This document shows, piece after piece, positions 15,101 to 29,780 of a stretch of 64,000 nucleotides of DNA. A program made the translations under genes and the position numbers. The stretch's first letter is position 1. Every line of letters begins with the position of its first letter. This DNA comes from the human T2T-CHM13v2.0 reference genome, Homo sapiens. Location of the stretch: assembly GCF_009914755.1 (NCBI RefSeq), contig NC_060932.1; one strand, 5' to 3'. The notes under the pieces are model-generated. The model was not told the origin of the DNA. It made no database searches and saw only the letters and a program-made list of their open reading frames with translations.

Positions 15101-15693
15101 TATTTTTTAAAGACAAGGAACAAAAAGGAAGAATCAATTATGGAACTAAATACTACTTAAAGAATAGTGGGAAAAAGTCTCCACAATGAGTCATTTGTAT
15201 TTTAGAAGAACTCATGGGCAACGTGAAATCAATAAAATAAGACACTCACTAAAAGGATAAGACAACAGAAGGAAGGGGAAAAACAAGATTGCAAAGTTTT
15301 TTTTTTTAAAAAAAGAGAAACTGGATAAAAACACTCTAAAAAAAATAATAAATAAATAAAAATAGCAGGAAACAACATATGGGGCCAAATATTGAATTAG
15401 AGGACAAACGAATGCAGAGAGTAAAGACAGACACTACTAATCGCTTAGAAGAGAGTTAGTAGGTAGATCAGACAAATAATATGGATCCAGCAAAAGAAAA
15501 TCAATTGTTCTTCCCTCTGGGGAATTCTTGTGTTCTATTCTATAAATGGAATAGGGAAAACAGTTCATTTTTATATATCACAAGAAAATTTCCATGAGGA
15601 GCAAGGGAAAAAATGGGTCCACCAATTAAATGAGCCTACGATGTTTGAGAAAATGAACTGATTATGAGAAAGAATCATCAAAACTGAGACATG

Positions 15694-16107
<414 letters not shown>

Positions 16108-16172
16108 CTGAGACATATCCTGGAAATTTTTCTGAAATTCACAACTGAATTAGTTCAACAGGAATTTTTAGT

Positions 16173-16260
16173 CAGGAAAAGCAGAAAGGAGAAAGAAAGG
16201 AGAAGGAAGAAGCAAGGAAAAAAGGGAAGAAAGAAAAGAGGGAGGGAGTAAGACAAAGAA
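16173..16260. repeat. GA-rich low-complexity tract
   Basis: Nearly all A/G on + strand. Confidence 0.8.
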
Positions 16261-16651
16261 TCAGGCATAAATATAGTGAGTACAAGTGAGGAGAAAGTTT
16301 GATTGTAAGAAAGTGAGAGTGAGTGGTTTCCATCATCACCCTTCCTACCAGATCTCTTATAAAACCTGCCCTGAGGACTAGGAGTTGCAAAGCATATAAC
16401 GCTTGCCTGAAATAATTGCGTACATGAATTACAGGCATTTGTATTTTAACTGTGAATAAAGCTTTAAATCACTGAAGAGAAAGTTAATGGGGAAAATATC
16501 AGACGATAAGGGGTTAGTGGAGAAAGTATTTGAGAAATTTAAGCAGTCTGAAACATTCATATAGAAGCTAGTATTAACCTTCTCAAAAGAAAAAAAAGTT
16601 AAAATTTTTCTTTCACATACTGTATTCTTTTCTTTCCCACCCTACTGCTTT

Positions 16652-16718
16652 TTGAGACCAAAACCAGAAATCTGGTCAAAAAGTTGAGACCAAAACCAGA
16701 AATCTGGTCAAAAAGTTG
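16652..16718. repeat. Perfect 32-bp tandem duplication
   Basis: TTGAGACCAAAACCAGAAATCTGGTCAAAAAG x2 plus TTG. Confidence 0.95.
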
Positions 16719-18158
16719 CAAAAGCACTTGCAACTGTCATCAAGAAGAGTATACAAAGTTTCCAAGTCCAAAGAAAGACTTTCTAGCTTCTGATATTTAG
16801 GATTTGAGAAGACCCTAAAAATTAAATATCCTCTCAAAACAAATAAAAACAAAGAAACATCCCTGCCAAATCCTAATTCTCTATTAAATTCCTGTATCAC
16901 TTGGCTTACCTGATTTGCTCATTCCAGTACTTATTCATATTCAGTCTCACATATTACATGATGGCATAAATAAACATAAATGTGGTACCCCTTTTACCTG
17001 TGGGGTATTGTTACCAAGTTTAGCCTGGCTGGCACTAAATGCTAAGGACCACAAAGAAAGTTGAAATCATGAGTCCAGAACTTGTCTTAGAAGCCTCAGG
17101 AAGCAAGGAATTCTATCTGCAAGTACAGTTAAGGAGTAGAGAAGTCTGTCTAAACCTAGCTGGCAAATAAACACTGATGGGGATTTAATGGAAAAAGAAA
17201 GCAAAGAAGTTTCCATAACAAATACAGACTGTCATAAGCTGCCTTACTTCTTTTATGTAATCTGGAAGGAATATAAATGTATAAAAATGCAAATAAACAA
17301 CTAAATACATTTTTAAATGAAATGCCATCAGCAAGAGGTTGCAGATAATTGAATCAAATTGTACCTCAGAGATTGTTCTTTTGTCTGAACAATATAATCA
17401 CTACAAACATATTTCAGTGAAATGAAAAGATTATTGAAGTAATATTAAAAGTCATCAGCACACATTAGAAACCCACACGTTTCTAACAAATGAGATGTAT
17501 TTAAAGTTGAACTTAAACCTATAATATCAAGCAAGAAATAATGAAAAGCCATTGATCTGAATAAACTATGATTTTCTAGATCAGAGTGCAACTACTTATG
17601 TGCAATGAAAGTAATTCCAGGTCATGCCGTGATCCTATAAAAATTTGTCGTCTGTGATATTGGATTTTGCTTTTGACTCTAAAAGGTCAGAAGAAGAGCA
17701 GAAAAGCTATGGTTCTAGTTTATCCATAAATCATTTTGTATTCATGGAGGTACTGCTTCATTGCAAAGAGAACTGCCTAGAAACCAGATTGAAAATGTCT
17801 ATGAATTGAGTAGGTTCCAGATGGGCAGTGAGCTGCACAGTGACCACACATTTCAAAACTTTGAAAAAAAAGAAAAAATAGATACATATATATTTCAAAG
17901 TTAGTTGAGATGAAGACACTTTTCAAAGTTCTGCATTTTTACAGATTCAGAACTGCTGTCATCAACCATGAATCACTTTCTCATATTAAACTCTTAAAAA
18001 ATCATTACCAGTCATCAAAGCCATATTTTAATAGAGATGAGGTAGGATCATGTATTATTTCTTATTACCTGCCTTCTAGAAATTCTACATAGGTTCAATA
18101 CCCCCTGCTATGGTGATACAGTACTACTCTTTCTTTCCACAAAGCATATTAAAACACG

Positions 18159-18161
<3 letters not shown>

Positions 18162-18192
<31 letters not shown>
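18162..18192. repeat. (CA)n microsatellite
   Basis: Direct. Confidence 0.97.
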
Positions 18193-18194
<2 letters not shown>

Positions 18195-18249
18195 CGCAAA
18201 CACATACAACCTATGAGTTTACAGTCATTCCCATGGCCATTTCAGACTT

Positions 18250-19529
18250 TGTCACTAGCAATAACAGCATTTTCTTTACAATCTCAATGTCAAGATTCCT
18301 ACTGTTTTATTACCACCTTGGGTCTTTCTAGCTCACTTCCTCTAACACCCCAATTCACACAATCCTTAGAATTCACCAGCACTTCCAATCCATTATCCTC
18401 ACCACCATGATATTTTGAACACCCCCTACATTCTACATCCCTGTTTTGTTTTTATTGTTATTATTTATTGAGACAAGGTCTGGTGATGTTGCCCAGGCTG
18501 GTCTCGAACTCCTGGGCACAAGCAATCCTCCCGCCTTGGCCTCCCAAATTGCTGGAATTACAGGCATGAGACACTGTGCCCTCTTTATTACTCAGGCCAC
18601 TTTACTCAGGCAAAATTCCACCAGCAATTATTATCATCAAATTGTTGCATACACCTTCGATGACTTTACTCCTCTTTTTCCTTGTCTTTCTCTGGCAAAA
18701 TCACATACCAGTTAAATCCAACTCTCTGCTTACTCTCTCACCTGCACATGGGTGGATGAATCCAGATAAAGAAAAACCCTCATTTAAGTTGCTTTATATT
18801 CATGACCATGAACCAAGCCTTTAATGCTTTCTGGAAACCACATTATACTTTCTCTTTTCCATTCATACTCCACTCTCTCAAGATGACTATCTCCCATCAT
18901 CAAACCTTCAACACTTTCTCCTCATTTCATTCTCAGCAGACAATCTGGCTTCCTACTTTATTCAATCAGAAAAGAACTCCCACAATCTATGGACCCTCCA
19001 ACCAGCATCTTCACCCATTCTGCCTTCCCACCTTTTCCCTGAGATTAAAGATTCCCTTTCCTTTCCAAAGAGACTTATTGGAATTGTACACTATAACCCA
19101 TCCCCTTTAACTGATATGAGGTTAGCACTTAGATGATTCTTTCCTCTCTTTGCTATACCATCAATTTGTCCTCACTACTGGATTATTTCTATTAGTTTAT
19201 ATTCTATTAATGCTCAGTCTTTAAAAATAAATCTTGATGTCATTTCTTTCACTAGATAGTACCACATTTCTTTGCTTTCCTTTGCTGCAAAGCTCAAGAG
19301 GCATCTTTATCCCTGGTTTCCAATTTCTCTCTTAAACCTACTGTAAAACCTCAGGCCTCAGTCTTTAGTCCCATCTCTATCTGCTTTTCTTTCCTTGACA
19401 ATCTCATCTGTCTCATGATTATAATTCTCATGTACCTGCAGATAACTCCCAAATGTATAATTTGTATCTCCAGTCTGGACATCTCTCCCAAATTCCAGGC
19501 TTATTTTTCCATTGCCCACTCAACATCCA
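18250..19529 (+). mobile_element. L2 remnant
   Basis: GATAACTCCCAAATGTATA, ATCTCCAGTCTGGACATCTCTCC, TGCCCACTCAACATCC; pyrimidine-rich. Confidence 0.6.
18444..18581 (-). mobile_element. FLAM/Alu left monomer
   Basis: GAGACAAGGTCT..GTTGCCCAGGCTGGTCTCGAACTCCTGGGCACAAGCAATCCTCC. Confidence 0.88.
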
Positions 19530-20055
<526 letters not shown>

Positions 20056-20088
20056 CATCTGAACCTGTAAATATGTTACCTCAGCTGG

Positions 20089-20791
<703 letters not shown>

Positions 20792-21675
20792 CCTGGCAGA
20801 AAGGACTTTGCCAATGCAATTAGGCAGAAAGGACTTTGCCAATGCAATTAGAGGGAGATAATCCTGAATTATCCTAGGGGACCAACCTAGTCACATGAAA
20901 TCTTAAAAATGGATAACTTCTGCTGGCTGCAGGAAGATAGAGAGATGCAGCAGAAGAGCAGACAGGAGAGAGGAGGCATGAGATCAACATGCTGTAAATG
21001 GCTTTGAAGACACAGAGGTCCATAAGTCAAGAAACTTGGGCAGTTATGAAAGATGAGAATGACTCCTGGCTGAAAGTGAGCAAGAAAACAGAAACTTCAG
21101 TCCTACAACCACCTAGGACTGAATTCTGCTAAAACCTGAATAAGCCTAAAAGCAGATTCTCCCCCATAGCTTTCAGCTTGCAGCTCTGCGGCATCCACAG
21201 CAGATAAACAAGCTGAGCCTAACAAATGTCCAGCCTAAAGAATTGTGAGATCATAAGTGTTGTTGTTTTAGGCCACTAAATTTATGGCCATTTGTGATGG
21301 CAGCTAGTGATAACTAACAAGTCCTAAACAGCTGCCTCTGAGCTCTTATGTTTGGCACACATTGTTAATGCTTCTCAGAAACCACAATTCATCCCAGTGG
21401 GAAAAGGAATAGGTAGGAATTTGTCTCTGATGGACCCAGGCCCCTTCTGAGAGGAAGGCCAAGTCTGTACCTACTCCGGGCTTCTGTCCTTTGAGTCGTT
21501 ACTGCGCCATGTTTTGTAAGACTTACATTATCTGCCTTGACATATGTAAGTCAACCCTGTGTATTACTGCACAAACTAATAAGAGTGAGTCATTCTCTAC
21601 ACATTCACACATTCATTTAGTTTTCCAGGAAGTCTCAAATTTAAAAAAAAGAAAAAAAGGCCTCGTGATATTTTT

Positions 21676-21994
21676 GGCCAGGTGGGGTGGCTCATGGCTG
21701 TAATCCCAGCACTTCGGGAGGCTGAGGCAAGTGGATTGTTTGAGCATAGGAATTCGAGACCAACCTAGGCAACAAGGCAAAACCCTGTCTCTACAAAAAA
21801 TAAAAAAATAAATAAATAAATAAAAAGAAATATAAAAATGAGCTGGGAATGTTGACAGGCATCTATAGTCCAGCTACTTAGGAGGATGAGGTGGGAGGAT
21901 CACTTGAGTCTGGGAAGTTGACGCTGCAGTGAGCTGTGATTGTGCCACTGTACTCCAGGCTGGGCAACAGAGTGAGCACCTGTCTCAAAAAAAA
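21676..21994 (+). mobile_element. AluJ with expanded middle A-rich linker
   Basis: GGCCAGGTGG start, (TAAA)n linker, GGAGGATCACTTGAG. Confidence 0.92.
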
Positions 21995-22899
21995 GTGGTG
22001 GGGGGTGGCGATTTGGAAAAATTATATAATTTACTATATGTCTGGCACTGCACAAATTTCTTACATGTATTATTATTTTCAAATCTTCATAATAGTTCCA
22101 TGAGACAAGACGATCAGGACTTCCTATCTAACCCTTAGAGTGAAGGTGAGAAACCCCACTACTCTGTGAACAGAATTCTGTCCAAACATGCTTCATATCT
22201 CCAGCATATTAACTAGTCTTTTTTGGATGCATTGTTAGTCCAAATTGGTATAACAACTTAAACTTTAAATGAGTATTCACCTCCTTTTGTTGTTTCAAGT
22301 CTCTTATTAAAGGTCAAATTTGATCGACGTGAGCAAAGACCAACAAAAGATAGTGAGGTGGGGATCAGATGAAGACTCAGCCCTGGAGTTTCCCCTCTGT
22401 TGCTCAACCCCTGAACTTATTCTGCTTCCAATTTAAAAGTATTAAATCTCTAGATAATCTTTTGAATGGCTTCCAGTCACCGAAATATGTTTTATAGCTT
22501 CCATAGAAGTGTAACATTGATTATAAGTAAGATTTGTGAAACATCAAGTAGCATTAGATTCTCAAATTTAAAATGAAGATTCACATTCCACAAGGCTGTT
22601 TGAGATAGCCTTATCAAATCAGCTGATTTGACTCCAGGTAGGTCTGCCACAGAATTATTATGAATAGATAGCTAAGTTGGGAGAACTTTCACGGTCTGGT
22701 CAGCAACTTGTGCGACTTTCTAACAGCTTTAACTCATACCCTGATCACTACAGCTTTGAGACAGTGTGCCAATAAGAATAAAAGGTTCCAATATTAATAA
22801 AATAATATGAATAATAGCTTTAATTTTTAACACTTGTTAGAATGCTAGGCAGGTACAATTCACTAAACAGTGACTTATTCAACAAATATTAATTAGGAT

Positions 22900-23120
22900 T
22901 CGAAAAACGAGTACAGAGTTGAACTCTGCAGCTACTCTCCTTTAGGCTACCATTTTTAACTAAATGACCTTGGCCATAATATTCAAATTCCTATCTGTAA
23001 AACAGGGTAAAAATAATACCTATCCCACAAGTTGTGAGAGGCAAATGAGTTTGTGCACCTAAATCCCTTAGAAGAGGGCCTATCACAGAGTGAGTTCTCA
23101 ATATGTCCTAGTTGTTATTG
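22900..23120 (+). mobile_element. MIR
   Basis: TGACCTTGG..., ATCTGTAAAACAGGGTAAAAATAATACCTATCCCACAAGTTGTGAG. Confidence 0.7.
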
Positions 23121-23129
23121 CGCATGACA

Positions 23130-24150
23130 GCTACATTCCACGTGGTTACTGGGCCCTGGAAATATGATGGTGATCAAGATATCCATGTTTCCTTACCTCA
23201 ATGAAGCCTACATTCCTATGGGGAAATAAAACACAAACAAGAAAGCAATCGACGTTCAAATGTAAGTTTATATTGCACTAAAGAAAATTAGCATGGTGGT
23301 TAGATTGGCAATAGCTAGGTGTGTACAAGTGAGATGAAGGAGTAAGGAAGACCATCATTTGAGGTGGGCCCAGCAGAGGACAAAGAGCCACACATAATAA
23401 GAACTGGAGATAGATTAAAAAAGAAAAAATTCCAGGCAGAAGGGGCAACTACAAAAGCCTAGAGAAAATTAAATAAAAGAGCCAAGATCTCTTAAATCCT
23501 TTCAGGCCAAGAAAAAGAGTTCAGATTTTATTCTAACCACAAAAGGAAAATGCTGAATTATTTTAATTGAGAAAGTAAATAATCTGATCTGTTTTTTTTT
23601 CTCTTGATTTTCTCCATTTCTTACCCACTTGCACAGAAATTTACTTGCACAGGTGTAGAGCTTAGAATGGGAAGTACTGAAGTATATTAGGAAGATTCTC
23701 AACAGACAGCACTGCGAGTGAGATATTTCTGGAATATATCTAGGAAAGGTGAGTTTTCCTGATACCTTCTCCCCAAATATTCTGAAGAATATCAGTTTTG
23801 AGATTTTTTTTATTTAATTAGGAGAAAGAAAATTCTGATACAACACAAGAGATTTTAGTAAGTGGAACAAAGTTCAAAATGAGGAAAGAGGAGAAAAAAA
23901 TGAGTAAGCTCCCTTAGTAAAAAGTATTACTATAACAATTCATTTTTAGTAGACATTTTGAGTGCAATTTTACTTCTCTTTTCCAGAAATAAAATTCTGT
24001 GCAAGAAATGGAGAAAATCAAGAGAGAAAGAGAAAGACTAGTAGGAAATTATCGCAGTGTTCCAGGTAAGAGATGATTGACAACTGGGCTAAGATAATGG
24101 CAACAGATATGAAAACAAGTAAATAGAATCATAGTATGGCTTGGAAGTAA
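23130..24150 (-). mobile_element. L2 remnant interrupted by a templated insertion
   Basis: TTCCAGGCAGAAGGGGCA, GGCCAAGAAAAAGAGTTCAGATTTTATTCTAA, CCAGGTAAGAGATGA (antisense L2 phrases) on both sides of the insertion. Confidence 0.7.
23648..23989 (+). repeat. ~340-bp local duplicate of 24946-25291
   Basis: Direct alignment CACAG(G/T)TGTAGAGCT..AGAATGGGAAGTACTGAAG ... GAGTGCAATTTTAC..AGAAA. Confidence 0.95.
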
Positions 24151-24216
24151 AAACAAAAATAAACAATAATGACAAAATAAACCTGTGAAATAAGCATCAT
24201 CGTTATCTTAATTATG

Positions 24217-24217
<1 letters not shown>

Positions 24218-24246
<29 letters not shown>
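24218..24246. repeat. (TA)n microsatellite
   Basis: Direct. Confidence 0.95.
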
Positions 24247-24249
<3 letters not shown>

Positions 24250-25984
24250 GAAGGCTTATAGAATTTAAAAACTCAGCCAAAAAGCAACTGGAGTTCAAGC
24301 ACCAGGAATTTCTGACTGCCATTTAGATGTTAGGATAAGAAGTGTGGTTGTGAGAAAAATAAGCATTCACTTTAATGCTTCCTATGTCAGCATATCTAGA
24401 GTCAAACTGAACACCATGAAATGTTTTGTAAGCATGCATCTGTTGAGTATTTGCTATACGGAGCATCTTCAGGTTTCTTTTATTTAAGTCTTGCAAGTTG
24501 TCAAAGATTTTTGTTTTCATTCTTTTCCTTTCTGCCTTTCTTTTAGTCTCTTAAGACATGCTCTGAAAGGAAGCACTGCAGGAAAACTTGTTACTGTTTG
24601 GATTTTTACTTGAAAAACGGTTGTTTGTTTTTATTGTTATATTCTCCAAAAGGTGGATTGCTTTCTCAAATGTGTGAACTTCCACTTCAGAAAGAGGAGT
24701 TGAACTCTTACCTACCTCCAACCCTTCAAAAGAATCAGAATTCCAGGATTATTATTTTGCCATGTGCTGATTTGCACCTGACGTGAGATTATTGTTGCAA
24801 GGAGCAAACCTTCCAAAAGAAAAAGTTATTTCAGTGCTGCCAACATTCCCAGTCTCCCTAACGAAGCAATCAGCTTTCAGAATTTGGCACTGCAACTCCC
24901 TGAACACACTGTCACCCCCAAATTCTCTTAAACTATATGACTGTCCACAGTTGTAGAGCTCAGAATGGGAAGTACTGAAGTATGTTAGGAAGGTTCTCAA
25001 TGGACAGCACTGGAAATGAGATCTTTCTGGAATATATTTAGGTAAGGTAAGTGAGTTTTCCTGATAACTTCTCTCCAAATATTCTGAAGAACATGAGTTT
25101 TGAGGGTTTTTTTTTTAATTTAATTAGGAGAAGAACGCTAATACAACACAAGAGAGTTTAGTAAGTGGGACAAAGTTCAAAATGAGGAAAGAGAAGAAAA
25201 AATGAGTAAGTTCCTTTAGTAAAAAGTATTACTATAACAACTCATTCCTCATAGACCTCTTGAGTGCAATTTTACTCCTCTTGTCTAGAAACATCTCTAA
25301 AAGTAATGTTATCAGAGGGCAATTCTTTAGGCTGACAGCATTTTACATATTTCATATTGAAATTGATTGGTCTTTCTACCTTAGCAAAACATTTGTAGAA
25401 GAAAGTTGACAAGGAAGAAACAGAAGAGAGGATGTGAAATAATTCATAAATATTCACAATCTATCCGTTAAATTTCCTACAGTCCCTCAATTTTCCCAGC
25501 TTCATCCACTTTTCATTTCCTGAGTCAAGAAAAGATTGAAGTCTTCGAAATGAGGGAAAGTATAATGATAGAAAAACATAGACCCAGAATTAAGACTAAA
25601 ATTAAAGACAGTAGTGAACTACACCTAATAGAAAGGAGCCCTTAGCCCCACAAACGGTATAATGAACTTGAGCTCACTTTTAGGATTGAAAAGGGTGCAT
25701 ATTTTTTCTATGTGTTGTCAAACCCCACCATAAACTCACACAGGGTTTACTTTGCATGGCTATAGTGCAAAGTCACGTTTAAGTTCTTCATCTCAACGTT
25801 CTCCATTTACATGAAAGGATTTGGCAATGGTTGTAATTACTAGAGTGTCCCAAATAAGATGGGTCACTGACAAGGCTTGGCTGCAGCTTTGGGATGCTCC
25901 AACTTTCATTATAAATTCCTTTAAACTCTTCATAATGGGGGGTGTATTTATATAAGAGGCCTACAAATAATTGTTTTTTAATTA

Positions 25985-26274
25985 ATTTTTTTTGAGACAG
26001 TGTCTCACTCTGCTGCCCAGGCTGGAGTGCAGTGGCAGGATCATGGCTCATTACAGACTCAAACTCCTAGGCTCAAGTGATCCTCCTGCCCTAGCCTCCT
26101 AAGTAGCTTGAACTACAGGCACACACCACCATGCTGAGCTAACTTGTTGTATTTTTGTAGAGACAAGGTCTTGCTATGCTACCCATGCTGTTCTCGAACT
26201 CCTAGGCTCAAGCTGTCTTCCTGCCTGGGCCTCCAAAATGCTGGGATTACAGGCCTGAGCCACCACACCTGGCC
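25985..26274 (-). mobile_element. AluJ
   Basis: Antisense dimer, CTCAAGTGATCCTCC, TSD-like AAATAATT(G/A)TTT. Confidence 0.92.
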
Positions 26275-26483
26275 TAAATAATTATTTAAAGCTTACCATC
26301 AAGCCTGTACAGACAACTGTGGAACATTTTGACTCAGACTTTATTTCTACCTGATTGGCAAATAGAACACTTTCAGTGGAAATGAGGGGACAGGAGTAGA
26401 AAAGAAATAGCTCCCTGATCTCCTGTCCCTGGTGCTTCTGTCCCCACCATTACAATTAGCACAGAGCTGGTCACCTCTGTATC

Positions 26484-26685
26484 TAGTAGTATGCTGTTAA
26501 GTGTTTAACAACCATCTCTCCCAAAATAAAACAGCCTTGATCTGTAGCATTTGACAATTTCTTGGTCTACATATTCCCAACATGGCCAATTTCAAGCTCC
26601 CAACATGGTATCACTGAACATGGAGTTGATAAAAGGTATGCAGTCAGCTCTGGTCAACCATCATGAACACTCCAGCACACCACTG
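26484..26685 (-). mobile_element. MER63A-like hAT DNA transposon relic
   Basis: Terminal inverted repeats TAGTAGTATGCTG / CCAGCACACCACTG; internal CATGGCCAATTTCAAGCT. Confidence 0.75.
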
Positions 26686-27669
26686 ACACTGTCTTCTTTG
26701 GAAACAGGGAGAATGAGGATGACAGTGAATATAAAGATAAGAAGGCCAAATTGTTAGCCACCACAATGCTTGCTGTTATCATTTTGCAACCATGCTTACA
26801 CAAATGCAACCTTCATGTATTACAGAATGAAACCTTTAACACCAAGATAATGCCTACATAGTGCATAATGAAAGTTCACAGGAATAGAAATTCATTTCAG
26901 TAGCTCACGTTTATATTTGCATCTTTTGTTAGCATGCTATAAATTATCTATTATGAAAAAGTGTTGACAGCTATATGAGATCAAGATAGAGTATGTTCTA
27001 TCTATCATCCTAAAAGAGAGAAATTTCCAGTTCTTGATGTGAGCTGATGTTTCGTCTCTCATAACATAGTTAATACATGAATGCAAAAGATCACATAACA
27101 GAATTCACTGTAAGAATAATTAGTGAAAAAAGTATTAAATATCTACTATTGACTTCTTTTACAACTACAACTGCAATACAAAAAGTCCATCCCTTGTTAA
27201 ACAAATACAATTGTAACACAAAAAGTTCAGAGCGCCTGAACACTTCACCTGATACCCTTCACCTAATAGTGACAGTTCTCCTGTCCTGTTGAAGAAAGCA
27301 AGTCTAATCCTGAACAAAACTGAGATATTGCAACTTTCAGACAATTCATGTTCAATTACCACTGAGTGTCATGATGTGTCTTCTCCAGGAGCAAAGAGTT
27401 CCCTTTACATGACTCAGAGATCAATTTCCTATGCCAAATAGGAGAAGTAAAATTGTTCATGAAAGCATATTCACTGAACCACTCATCTGATCTGAAAATG
27501 CATGTTCCTCTCTTGGTTTAAAAAGTAAAAGGCATAGAAAATTTATTTTTGTGAAGTGACAACACTACGTGACATTTTAATAATTCTAATGCTAGCATCG
27601 AAGAAGCCTAATCAGTGTAGATCAATGCGTCATTAATGGTTTTATTCCACTCTTCAGATCTTTCTGTCA

Positions 27670-27866
27670 ATGCTATAGTATCTAGCCACATATGGTTATT
27701 CAAATTTAAATCAGCTAAAATTAAATAAAATTTAAAATATATTTCTTAGTCTCACTAGACACATTTCAAACACTCAGTAGCCACATGTGATGAGTGGCTA
27801 CCATAGTGGACAAATGCAGGTATAGAACGTTTCAGTCATCACAGAAAGTTCTATTGGACAGCACTG
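27670..27866. mobile_element. MER33/MER3-type hAT-Charlie relic
   Basis: TAGCCACATGTG..GTGGCTACC, ACAGAAAGTTCTATTGGACAGCACTG terminus. Confidence 0.8.
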
Positions 27867-28786
27867 ACTAAGGTACTCAGACATCATTACACCAGCAAAC
27901 CAGAAAATGAAGGGAAGAGAAAAACATTGAAACTGCCATTTGCCTTAACCGATTGCTATGTTCTTATAGAAATGAGTTTGGTCCAGGAGCGTCTTTTGAA
28001 TTGTTGGATGATAGGGCACCTTAATCTGAAACCCATTATCCTTGAGTGAACATGCAACCTTTCTCTTGCATATACAATTATAATAGGGAGGACTGGAAAA
28101 AGCATTTATTAAGTTTATGCTTAACATAATAATTCCCAAGCATCATATGTGCCCACAGGAGAAATAAAATCTGGCTGCCCAAAATTGATTCCTTCCTCTT
28201 ATTTTTCAATTCTCCTTGACCCTAATATAATAGAAATCTTTACAATAAGCAGTGTTTTAGTCCCTGGGAGGAAAGCCCTCAATCCCTTTGCAGCCCAGAT
28301 GTTTCTCTGCTGAATCCTGACTCTACCAGCTGGATGTTAAAGCAAGTTCAGAGAGCCTCCTCTCTTGGGTCTATTAATGAAGCAGAATTTTCCTTCTTTG
28401 ACAGGCAAGGGCTAATTATTGTCCTTGAGTAAAAAAAAATTCACTCACTGCCCCCTGAAAAAAAAGCAAAATTCATATTTAAAGCCAGCAGTTTCCAAAT
28501 TAAATTTCACAGAACCTCAGATTGATTAATTTCCAAATCTAGTTGCTGAAGCAACAACTCTGTCCTCAGGCATAATCCGTGCTTTTTCAATATAGTGGTT
28601 ATCACAGTAATAGAGGTATCAGCAAAACTAATGTTATGGAGGCTAAAACATAATGTTTTGTAATTATATATCTGCCTGTCAGAGGTGCCTTGGGTTGAAT
28701 AATCTCTTGATGATAGAAAATAGATTTGACGGCACACAAAATAGCGGAAAATATCTTGCATGCACCTGCCTGATTGTTCTAGATAA

Positions 28787-29047
<261 letters not shown>

Positions 29048-29780
29048 TGACACATAGGGTTAGAAAATGACATTTCTTTAAAAAACAAACAAACAAAAAA
29101 CTACACAAAAGTACTATTGTCTCATATAAAAAGCCTCGTCAGATTTATTTTTCTGCTCATCTTTTTTCTATTTTTCTATCTTATGTCACTACCACCCAGT
29201 CATTTTTCACTGATTCTCTTTTTTTGACAGTCACTCATTTGCCCTTATCTAGAGGCTAGGCAGCATCACAGCCAGAATCTGAAAATGCCGGTTCACAATG
29301 AGATTTCCAAAAAAATATTTCTCCCAATCTCAAAAGGTTCTATCCAAGATATTATCATGAATGTGTCAGCCATTTAAAAAAATAGATTAGGAAGAATTTC
29401 ACAATAGTTCATTGTTTACTTTAGTTGAACTGGTGGGGGAACCACGGGGGATTTGAGTCATACTTTCTTTTAATATTTTCTTTTTTCTTTTCCTGTGTTA
29501 ACTTTTGTATCTCACATTTCTTAGTTATTTTCCTCTGCTTCCTTTTTCTAATTTAATGCTATTTGTTCTCATAGAATTAGGGGAGCTGAGCACTTTCTAA
29601 GGAAATCCTAGAATGCAGAGTTAATTTTATACTTATTACTACATTTTCACCGCAAAAAAAATCATGAGCACACATTGTAGGGTACATTTTTAAGAACAAT
29701 TCGATTTTCTCCCTGAATATCATTTGCCTGGGCACCCTGAATGCAGTTCACTCGCCTGTGGGAGTTTGCAGGTTGGTAGT

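Noticed and set aside
16905-17000. Minus-strand consensus donor CAG|GTAAGC at 16910
   Set aside because: No convincing acceptor or ORF; isolated consensus donors are common by chance.
24323-25078. Several ORFs in unique DNA (e.g. 24752..25078 minus, 108 aa) and a weak casein/SCPP-like feel of nearby micro-exons
   Set aside because: No recognisable family, no signal-peptide exon, and stops in adjoining frames; cannot be supported as CDS or pseudogene.
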